Positions 15,303 through 22,598 of a stretch of DNA of 32,000 bases are shown one piece after another; positions within the stretch are counted from its first letter, which is position 1; each line of letters starts with the position of its first letter. Both the position numbers and the translations under genes were made by a program. The notes below the pieces were generated by a model that was given only the letters and a program-made list of their open reading frames with translations, had not been told where the DNA came from and ran no database searches. Source of the stretch: an uncultured Planctomycetia bacterium (GTDB lineage: Bacteria; Omnitrophota; Gorgyraeia; Duberdicusellales; 4484-171); the NCBI GenBank assembly GCA_964536865.1, contig CAZHYN010000001.1:213555-245554 (forward strand). The letters are read 5' to 3'.

Positions 15303-16688
15303 ATGAGCAAGGCTTTAATTATTTTTTTAGTTGTATTTCCTATTAGTGTATTTTGTGCTCAAATTGAAAATAACTTAGAGTATGCTGGGTATATAAAGAG
15401 CGAAACGTGGGTCAAAACTAATAACGATAATTCTCATTTATTTCTTTCTGCTTTCAAGAATACTTTTGATTTAGAGGTAGAGTATAAATTATCTAATGAA
15501 TGGACCTTGTTTGTTCACCCTCGCTACTTCTATGATTTTGCTTACGATATAAGAGATGAAGCCAATTTCGATAAAAATCAGTTTAAAATGGGACATACCC
15601 AAAGGACAGAATGGCTAAGAGACTGCTACTTAGATTTTACCTCTGATAAGTTAGATATCAGGATCGGTAAACAACAGGTTGTCTGGGGACAAGCCGATGG
15701 ACTTCCTTTTTTAGATAGGGTTATGCCTTTTGATTTGACTTACTATTGGTTGCCGGATTTTGCTGATATAAGGATTCCTTTATGGATGGTAAAGATTGAG
15801 TATTCTCCTTGGCTAAATTCTACTCTGCAGTTTCTCCTTATTCCTGATTTTGAAGCATCACGCTCTGCACCTGCCCATGCTCCCTTTGCTTTTAAGGCAA
15901 ATACTGCTTGGGAGGATTTTAAAGCTATCAATGCTTCCTCGGGAGGAACAGCTTCAACCACTATTTACCGACCTCCTAAGGAGTTTGAGAATTCAAGGGT
16001 AGGATTAAGATGGCGTTCAATGATGGGTGATATGGAGTATACTCTAAACTGGTTGTATGGTTACTCTAATAGCGCTTACACCTATACCGATTCTTTTACT
16101 CCTATCATTGGTGCTATCGGCCATTACAAGGTGTCTCGGCGACATAAGCTAATGCATTTGGTAGGTTTCTCTTTTAACAAATCTTTTCTTAATCCAGGTC
16201 CTTTAGAGGGATGGACCATTCGGGGTGAATTTGCTTATCTCCATAATGAACCAACCTATTATGGAACCGATGGTTCTAGAAAGCTTACTGAGAGGACAGA
16301 TAAGTATGCCTATGTATTAGGATTTGATAAGAGCTTCTTTACTAACTGGGCCTTTTCCTTACAATTTTGTCAATTTATTCATGATAAAAAAACATTTAAA
16401 GGGTATCAAGTTATAAATGCCTACACTTACGGATTGATGGAAAAAATTGAGAATACTTTAACTTTGAAAGTTGCTACTGATTTCATGCACCAGCGCCTCA
16501 AACCAGAAGTTTTAATTATCTATGGAGACGATAACGACGGAAGAATCTCTTTTAAAACAAAGTATGAATTGAAAGATAACGTTTGGTTTACTTTTGGCTA
16601 CTATCATTTTTGGGGTCCTCCTCGGGGCTCTAACGGCCAATTTAGAAATAACGATCATTTCTTTTGCGAAGTGAAGTATACTTTTTAA
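15303..16688 (+). CDS. DUF1302-like outer-membrane beta-barrel protein
   Basis: Signal peptide MSKALIIFLVVFPISVFCAQ. It has the LDIRIGKQQVVWGQADG motif seen in DUF1302-type barrels, alternating beta-strand character and a C-terminal aromatic residue (...EVKYTF). SD is GGAGGTGA. Confidence 0.6.
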   Translation: MSKALIIFLVVFPISVFCAQIENNLEYAGYIKSETWVKTNNDNSHLFLSAFKNTFDLEVEYKLSNEWTLFVHPRYFYDFAYDIRDEANFDKNQFKMGHTQRTEWLRDCYLDFTSDKLDIRIGKQQVVWGQADGLPFLDRVMPFDLTYYWLPDFADIRIPLWMVKIEYSPWLNSTLQFLLIPDFEASRSAPAHAPFAFKANTAWEDFKAINASSGGTASTTIYRPPKEFENSRVGLRWRSMMGDMEYTLNWLYGYSNSAYTYTDSFTPIIGAIGHYKVSRRHKLMHLVGFSFNKSFLNPGPLEGWTIRGEFAYLHNEPTYYGTDGSRKLTERTDKYAYVLGFDKSFFTNWAFSLQFCQFIHDKKTFKGYQVINAYTYGLMEKIENTLTLKVATDFMHQRLKPEVLIIYGDDNDGRISFKTKYELKDNVWFTFGYYHFWGPPRGSNGQFRNNDHFFCEVKYTF

Positions 16689-16752
16689 ATTTATAAGGAT
16701 AGAGCTTTCTGCCCAGTGTGAGACCGATAAGCACCCCACCTTTTACTTTCAG

Positions 16753-17454
16753 ATGGTTCAACCTTTGTATCAGTCGCAGGATAGAATTAATACCCTTTTT
16801 TACCAACCTCGTATCTCTCTAACAGGAGGAGATTTAACTTATAGTTTAGGGGTGGGTTATAGGAAGATTTTGCACAGTAGTCTTATCTTAGGAGTTAATT
16901 TGTTCGGAGATTACCAAGATCTACATGAGCATGGACGGTTGGGTTTAGAATTTGAGGCTTTAGAAGAAATTTTAGAGGCACGTTTTAACAGCTATTTCGG
17001 TGTCACTACCAAGAGGATAGTAGAGAATTCTCCTAGCTCTACAACTTACGAGAGAGTGGCTGATGGTTTAGATTTTGAGGTAGGCGCACCTCTCCCCTAT
17101 CTTCCTTGGCTTAAGATATATACTGCAGGATTTTGGTACGATTTCGATAAGTTTAATGATAAGTACGGATGGAAAATGCGCCTTACGGTTAAACTTAACA
17201 ATACTTTTACTCTGGAAGTTTACACTTGGGATGACAATAAAGGAGAGCAGGAGTACGGAGGAAAACTAGAATGTCGTATCCCTTTTGAAACGATCCCTGA
17301 TTTTAGAGAAATTTTTGTATTGAGTAAAGAGCCTTTCCCCAGGGAGGATATAAGAAAGAAAGTGCTTATTCCTGTAGAAAGAAATTTTGATATAGTAGTG
17401 GAGAAGTGGATAGAAACGGCATCTATGACAATAGAAATTGGGAGAGGAAATTAA
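16753..17454 (+). CDS. Inverse-autotransporter (intimin/invasin-type) beta-barrel domain fragment; no signal peptide, likely 5'-truncated remnant
   Basis: LGVGYRKIL, LGVNLFGDYQD, HGRLGLEFEAL, ERVADGLDFEVGAPLPYLPWLK and IPVERNFDIVVEK parallel intimin beta-domain motifs (LGxGxR, GxNxFxDxD, RxGxGxE, ERPANGFD, LPxxP, LVQRNNNIILEY). There is no SD and no signal peptide. Similarity continues upstream of the ATG in frame, back to a stop at 16672-16674. Confidence 0.5.
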   Translation: MVQPLYQSQDRINTLFYQPRISLTGGDLTYSLGVGYRKILHSSLILGVNLFGDYQDLHEHGRLGLEFEALEEILEARFNSYFGVTTKRIVENSPSSTTYERVADGLDFEVGAPLPYLPWLKIYTAGFWYDFDKFNDKYGWKMRLTVKLNNTFTLEVYTWDDNKGEQEYGGKLECRIPFETIPDFREIFVLSKEPFPREDIRKKVLIPVERNFDIVVEKWIETASMTIEIGRGN

Positions 17455-17474
17455 TAAGTTAAGGGGGTAGAGAT

Positions 17475-18122
17475 ATGAGAAATAATATTTTATTCTTAAT
17501 TTGTATTATTCTTTTTTCTCTAAGCTACAGCGTCTATGGAGCAACCGGTTATGGTACTCCGGAAATTTATAGAATCACTATTAGTAAAGTAGAGTTATAT
17601 AATAGTACAACCTCTTCTTGGGTGACAGTAGGAGAGGGGGAGCTCACCTTTAATATTGCCAGTGTAAATGCAGGAGAGATAGTAGGTTCCTACGTAAGTA
17701 GTAAATCTATTCCTGAGGGTGTGTATACTAAGGATAGAGTGACTGTTTCTCGGACAATATCCATAAAATCTACAGGAACTATAGGAGCCACTACTTATTA
17801 TACTACAGCAACTACAGTATCAGGGCCTGATGGTACTCAAGCAGTATTAGCATCTACTAATTCAAGTGATTATGGAGAGGGGACATTGAAATCTCCTGAA
17901 ACTTCCCAGGGCGAGCATTATAATGTGATAGGAGAGTATTTTACTGACACTAGTACTTTTTCTCAACCTTTAGTAGTAAAAAAGGGTACGACTAAGAAGA
18001 TAAGAATAAAATTTGATGTTACTAATGCTGTAACCTTTGATGATACAGATGGTATTTCAGGAAACGGAAACGATATCTGTTATCCCAATGCTCCTACGGT
18101 TACAGTAGAGGTAGTAGATTAA
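17475..18122 (+). CDS. Secreted Thr/Ser-rich protein of unknown function
   Basis: Clear signal peptide MRNNILFLICIILFSLSYSVYG. The mature part looks beta-rich (possibly a DUF4382-like beta-sandwich, which is a weak impression). Good SD (AAGGGGG). Confidence 0.55.
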   Translation: MRNNILFLICIILFSLSYSVYGATGYGTPEIYRITISKVELYNSTTSSWVTVGEGELTFNIASVNAGEIVGSYVSSKSIPEGVYTKDRVTVSRTISIKSTGTIGATTYYTTATTVSGPDGTQAVLASTNSSDYGEGTLKSPETSQGEHYNVIGEYFTDTSTFSQPLVVKKGTTKKIRIKFDVTNAVTFDDTDGISGNGNDICYPNAPTVTVEVVD

Positions 18123-18164
18123 TCACCTTTCCTAACCTATCATATCAGAACCAACCTTCTTATT

Positions 18165-18207
18165 TCTTCTGCAACATTTGTGTTTCAAACAAAAATGTTG
18201 CAGAAGA
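18165..18207. repeat. Left REP-like palindrome
   Basis: TCTTCTGCAACATTT (18165-18179) pairs perfectly (15 bp) with AAATGTTGCAGAAGA (18193-18207). The 13-nt loop GTGTTTCAAACAA is itself nearly self-complementary. Confidence 0.75.
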
Positions 18208-19127
18208 GGAACGAATGTAGTAAATTATTGTTAAATATGGATATATTAGAATTGATAGAGAAAAAGAAAATTAATCGTTATCTGGGAGTTAATAAGAAGA
18301 TTATTTTAGAAAATAATTTTTATCATGTTACCCAAAGAGCACCGGGAAAAGAACAGTTATTTTTAGAAGAAAATGATTATCTTTATTTTCTTTATCTTCT
18401 CAAAAATACTTCTAATGATTTTGGTTTAGAGATTTACTCTTTTGTGTTAATGCCTAATCATCTTCATCTTTTATTATATTTGACTCAAAGAAATTTAGAT
18501 AAGGCGATGAAAAAACTTTTTCAGAGATACGCTACTTATTTTAATAGAAAGTACCAAAGAAAGGGACATGTGTTTTGTGGAGTATATAGGTGCGCTCTCT
18601 GTAGAGAAGAAATTTACCTTTTAGCAATTTCTTTATATATCCATTTAAATCCTTTAAAGGCAAGATTATGTAAAGATTTATGTGATTATAAATGGAGTTC
18701 TATCCAACTATATCTCGACCCTTCTAAGACCTCTTTTGTAAAAAATGATTTTATCTTAAATATTCTTCATTGTGACAGAAAAAAGGCAATTGCAGAATAT
18801 AAGCGACTTTTAGAAGAGTGCGCAAGAATAAAGTATACACCACTCTTAGAGAATTTGAGGGGTTTAGAAAAAATATGTAAGAAAGTTTCTGTACAAGCGA
18901 GCTCTTTCCTTATTAAAAAGAAAGAAAAAGCAAATAAAAAGGATTTTTTAGAAGAAAAGATTCGCCAATTTAAGGATAAAAGGAGGATAGTTAAGCCTGA
19001 AGAGAAGCAAGCATTGATTTATGTTATAGAGCAGTTGAAAAGTAGAGGCTTTAGAGTTAAAGAGATATCGGGTATCTTAGGTATAAGTCGTCATAAAATC
19101 TATCGCTTATGCAACATTTCTGTTTGA
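18195..19127 (+). CDS. IS200/IS605-family Y1 transposase, REP-associated tyrosine transposase (RAYT)-like, with C-terminal HTH
   Basis: YHVTQRAP..., HUH motif MPNHLHLLLY, RKGHVF and the catalytic-Tyr region YIHLNPLKA are present. The C-terminal ALIYVIEQLKSRGFRVKEISGILGISRHKIYRL looks like an HTH. ATG 18195 is preferred; the ORF also opens at GTG 18180. Confidence 0.75.
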   Translation: MLQKRNECSKLLLNMDILELIEKKKINRYLGVNKKIILENNFYHVTQRAPGKEQLFLEENDYLYFLYLLKNTSNDFGLEIYSFVLMPNHLHLLLYLTQRNLDKAMKKLFQRYATYFNRKYQRKGHVFCGVYRCALCREEIYLLAISLYIHLNPLKARLCKDLCDYKWSSIQLYLDPSKTSFVKNDFILNILHCDRKKAIAEYKRLLEECARIKYTPLLENLRGLEKICKKVSVQASSFLIKKKEKANKKDFLEEKIRQFKDKRRIVKPEEKQALIYVIEQLKSRGFRVKEISGILGISRHKIYRLCNISV

Positions 19128-19142
19128 AACTCAAATGTTGCA
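19110..19142. repeat. Right REP-like palindrome
   Basis: TGCAACATTT (19110-19119) pairs with AAATGTTGCA (19133-19142). The 13-nt loop is CTGTTTGAAACTC. It overlaps the transposase stop and the annotated rlmN start. Confidence 0.7.
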
Positions 19143-20163
19143 GATGGAGGATATTAAGAGCTATACTTTAAAGGAGTTAGAGGATTTACTTAGAGAAAAA
19201 GCGTATCCAAAATTCTACGCCCATCAGATTTTTAATTGGATTTATAAAAAAAGGATAGAGAATTTTGATTTAATGACCAACCTCTCTAAGGAAGCAAGGG
19301 GGTTTCTGAAGAATAACTTTTATTTCTCTCACCTTAAATTAATAGAAAGGGAAACCTCTGAAGATGGAACAGAAAAATTCTTATTTGAGTTAGATGATGG
19401 CCATAGGATAGAAACAGTTCTTATCCCTGAAGGAAAGAGAATTACTCTCTGTGTCTCTACTCAGGTAGGATGTAAATTTAAATGTAGATTCTGTGTAAGT
19501 GGAATCTCTGGATTTAAGAGGAATTTGAGGACATCAGAGATTATTTCTCAGTATCTAGAGGTGGCCAAAAGAATAGGGAGAATTACCAATATAGTATTTA
19601 TGGGCATAGGAGAACCTTTAGATAATTTTGACAATGTTGTAAAAAGTATAGAAATTTTAAAAGAACCCCATGGCATTTCCTTTGGTAGAAGACGGATATG
19701 TATTTCTACCTTAGGGATTATTCCTAAGATAGAAAAATTAAGAGAGCTGAATTTAGGAATAAAACTTTCCATTTCTCTTCATTCTCCTGATTCTAAAGTT
19801 CGTACATTCCTTATGCCCGCGACAAAAAGATACCCCCTTAAAGAGTTAATGAAAGCTGTAAAAGCGTTTGCTAAATACGGAAGATACCCCATAACTTTTG
19901 AATATATTATGATAAGGAATTTAAATACAAAAAAGGAGGATGCCTTAAAACTGGTAAAGTTAGTTAAAGGAATTAATTGCAAGATAAACCTTATACCCTA
20001 TAATCCTTCTCCCTACTTTGAATGGGAAGCCCCTTCCATCCAAGAGATAGAAGTATTCAAAAATACATTAAAAAAATGTAAAATATTTTTTACATTGAGG
20101 AGACCCAGGGGAGAGGATATAAAGGCTGCTTGCGGCCAACTTAAAGTCACATTTAAAAATTAA
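19135..20163 (+). CDS. rlmN: 23S rRNA / tRNA (adenine-C2)-methyltransferase RlmN (radical SAM)
   Basis: CVSTQVGCKFKCRFCVSG (CxxxCxxC), MGIGEPLDN, SISLHS, FEYIMIRNLN, NLIPYNP and ACGQL give a full-length match to the RlmN/Cfr pattern. An alternative start is ATG 19144 (MEDIK...). Confidence 0.9.
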   Translation: MLQMEDIKSYTLKELEDLLREKAYPKFYAHQIFNWIYKKRIENFDLMTNLSKEARGFLKNNFYFSHLKLIERETSEDGTEKFLFELDDGHRIETVLIPEGKRITLCVSTQVGCKFKCRFCVSGISGFKRNLRTSEIISQYLEVAKRIGRITNIVFMGIGEPLDNFDNVVKSIEILKEPHGISFGRRRICISTLGIIPKIEKLRELNLGIKLSISLHSPDSKVRTFLMPATKRYPLKELMKAVKAFAKYGRYPITFEYIMIRNLNTKKEDALKLVKLVKGINCKINLIPYNPSPYFEWEAPSIQEIEVFKNTLKKCKIFFTLRRPRGEDIKAACGQLKVTFKN

Positions 20164-21059
20164 TGGAACCCTCCTATTTACAACTTTATCGCAAAGGAAA
20201 GTTAGAAGAGATAGAAAACAAACTCACTCAAAGTTTAAAGAACTGTAATCTCTGTCCTCGTAACTGTGGAGTGAATAGATTAAGAGGGGAAGTTGGATTC
20301 TGTAAGACTACTCGCCTTGCCAAAGTGGATAGTTTTTTTCTCCATTTTGGAGAGGAGCCAGAACTTGTGGGAAGAGGTGGCTCGGGAACGATATTTTTTT
20401 CCTGGTGTAATTTAGGATGCATTTACTGTCAAAACTACCCTATATCTCATTTAGGCGAAGGAAGAGAAGTCTCTAAGGAAGAGCTAGCAGAGATGATGAT
20501 TACTCTTCAAGATAACGGAGCAGAGAACATTAACTTTGTTACTCCTACTCATGTAGTTGCTCAAATAGTAGAAGCCTTACCTCTTGCTATTCAAAAAGGT
20601 CTTTCTTTACCTTTGGTGTATAACTGTGGAGGGTATGAAAGTGTAGAGACTTTAAAGATTATAGAGGGAATCTTCGATATCTATATGCCTGATGTAAAAT
20701 ACTCAGATAGCAGTGTGGCTAGTAGACTTTCTTCAGCCCCCAATTACTGGGAAGTAGTTAAAGAAGTTTTAAAAGAGATGTATAGGCAGGTAGGAGGTTT
20801 AGTAGTAACTAGAGGTATCGCTAAGAAAGGACTTCTTATACGCCATCTAGTGTTGCCTTCCAGACTCGCTGGTTCTTTCAAAATTTTAGATTTTATAAAA
20901 GAAGAAATTTCTGTTAATACTTATATCAATATAATGGAGCAGTATCATCCTTGTTTTAAAGCTCATTATATAAAAGAGCTATCTCGTAGGCCAACTATTG
21001 AGGAGTTTAAGGAGGTAGTTGAGTATGCTAAAAAGCTAGGCTTTTACCGAGGTTTCTAA
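20163..21059 (+). CDS. Radical SAM protein, PflX-like (pyruvate formate-lyase activase homolog family)
   Basis: N-terminal Cys cluster CNLCPRNCGVNR...GFC, followed by radical SAM CNLGCIYCQN. Length is 298 aa. A TAATG overlap links it to rlmN. Confidence 0.7.
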   Translation: MEPSYLQLYRKGKLEEIENKLTQSLKNCNLCPRNCGVNRLRGEVGFCKTTRLAKVDSFFLHFGEEPELVGRGGSGTIFFSWCNLGCIYCQNYPISHLGEGREVSKEELAEMMITLQDNGAENINFVTPTHVVAQIVEALPLAIQKGLSLPLVYNCGGYESVETLKIIEGIFDIYMPDVKYSDSSVASRLSSAPNYWEVVKEVLKEMYRQVGGLVVTRGIAKKGLLIRHLVLPSRLAGSFKILDFIKEEISVNTYINIMEQYHPCFKAHYIKELSRRPTIEEFKEVVEYAKKLGFYRGF

Positions 21060-21099
21060 CTTTATATAGCACTGATTAGTGAGAAAGAAAGGAGGGAGT

Positions 21100-21651
21100 A
21101 TGAAGGTAGAGGTTAAAAAAAGCGTGGCTAATAGATTAATTAACTGTGGAGAAGTGATTTTAGTAAGTTGTGCTTACAAGGATAAGAAAAACGTTGCTAC
21201 CTGTGCCTGGCATATGCCTTTTTCTAAAAATCCTCCTTTGTTGGGTGTTGCTTTAGCAGGAAAACATTTTTCTTCTGAGATTATAAGAAAGAGTGAAGAG
21301 TTTGTTGTAAATGTTCCTGAGTGGAGTATTATCGATAAGGTGATTTGCTGCGGGAAACTAACTGGTTGGAGTGTAGATAAGTTTAAAGAGTGTGGTTTAA
21401 CTCCCCAAGAACCTCATTCATTAACTAAAACTTGTAAAGTTGCTGAATGTATAGGACATCTTGAGTGTTCTTTAGTTGATGTCAGAGAGATAGGAGATCA
21501 TTATCTATTCATAGGAGAGATAATCTATGCCGAAGCAGATGATGAATACTTTAAGGGAGATTTTTGGAATACCGAGGAAGTAAAGCTAATTTTTTATTTA
21601 GGTTCAACTTTTTTCTTTAAATCCACTAAATTTGTAGAATTTAAAAGGTGA
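21100..21651 (+). CDS. Flavin reductase-like (FMN-binding split-barrel) protein
   Basis: VILVSCAYKDKKNVATCAWHMPFSKNPPLLGVALAGKHFSSEII and GDHYLFIGEI are typical of the flavin_reduct family. ATG 21100 is preferred (SD AAAGGAGGG) over GTG 21079. Confidence 0.75.
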   Translation: MKVEVKKSVANRLINCGEVILVSCAYKDKKNVATCAWHMPFSKNPPLLGVALAGKHFSSEIIRKSEEFVVNVPEWSIIDKVICCGKLTGWSVDKFKECGLTPQEPHSLTKTCKVAECIGHLECSLVDVREIGDHYLFIGEIIYAEADDEYFKGDFWNTEEVKLIFYLGSTFFFKSTKFVEFKR

Positions 21652-22592
21652 AGCGAGTAATTTTTCAACTTCCTTCTCCCTTTATAGAAAAGATTAAGAG
21701 AATTTACCCTTCTAGTTATCCTCGAATTTTAGAAAGTTTTTGCCAGAAGAAACTTCATACATTTAGAATAAATTATCTAAAGATAGATCTAAGTAAGCTA
21801 AGAAAGGAACTACAGAAAGAAAAGATTAGATATAGAGAACTTTCTTGGCCTAAAGGGAGTTTTGTGCTTCACTCCAACCTCAGAGAGTTACAAAGAAGCT
21901 ATATTTATCAGAAGGGGTTTATTTATGTTCAAAACATTTCTAGTATGATTCCTCCTATTTTGCTTTCTCCTCAGAAAGGAGAAAAAATATTAGATATGTG
22001 TGCTGCTCCTGGAGCAAAGACTACGCAAATTGCTTCTTTGGTAGCTGATAATGCTCAAATTGTAGCTGTTGAGAAAATAAGAACCAGATTCTATAAACTT
22101 TTAGCAAATTTAAAAATTCAAGGAACAAATTGTGTAAAACCTCTTCTTATAGATGGAATACGTATAAGAAACAAATTTCCTGATTATTTTGACAAAATTC
22201 TTTTAGATGCTCCCTGTTCCTGTGAGGGTCTTTTCTATGTAAATAACCCTCATTCCTTTAAGTACTGGAAGGAAAGAAAAGTAAAAGAGATGGTTCATAA
22301 ACAGAAAAAGCTGCTTTCATCGGCAATATATGCTTTAAAAGAAGGGGGTATTTTAGTTTATTCTACCTGCACTTTTTCTCCTGAAGAGAATGAGGAAGTA
22401 ATCGATTGGGCACTGAAGAAGTTTGAGGGGAATATAAGAGTAGTTCCTATAAGTATACCTTTAAAGAATGTAAGAAGAGGATTAGAAAGATGGAGAGATA
22501 AGTATTTTTCTCCACAGCTGGAGTTATGTTTACGTATAATCCCTAATAGATTTATGGAAGGTTTCTTTATTGCTAAGTTGATGAAAGAATAG
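21648..22592 (+). CDS. NOL1/NOP2/Sun-family RNA m5C methyltransferase (RsmB/RsmF-like, short form)
   Basis: Contains DMCAAPGAKTT (SAM motif I), LLDAPCSCEG (motif IV Cys) and YSTCTFSPEENEEV (motif VI TC). Confidence 0.8.
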   Translation: MKRVIFQLPSPFIEKIKRIYPSSYPRILESFCQKKLHTFRINYLKIDLSKLRKELQKEKIRYRELSWPKGSFVLHSNLRELQRSYIYQKGFIYVQNISSMIPPILLSPQKGEKILDMCAAPGAKTTQIASLVADNAQIVAVEKIRTRFYKLLANLKIQGTNCVKPLLIDGIRIRNKFPDYFDKILLDAPCSCEGLFYVNNPHSFKYWKERKVKEMVHKQKKLLSSAIYALKEGGILVYSTCTFSPEENEEVIDWALKKFEGNIRVVPISIPLKNVRRGLERWRDKYFSPQLELCLRIIPNRFMEGFFIAKLMKE

Positions 22593-22598
22593 AATTTA

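Larger units (their letters stand above)
18165..19142 (+). mobile_element. REP/RAYT-like unit: Y1 (HUH) transposase gene bracketed by near-identical palindromes
   Basis: The palindromes at 18165-18207 and 19110-19142 share the core TGCAACATTT-N13-AAATGTTGCA and enclose a single IS200/RAYT-type gene. Confidence 0.55.

Noticed and set aside
21079-21099. GTG 21079 as the start of the flavin reductase gene (ORF-track start).
   Set aside because: The sequence AAAGGAGGG (21088-21096) is a strong SD placed correctly for ATG 21100, but it would lie inside the ORF if 21079 were used.
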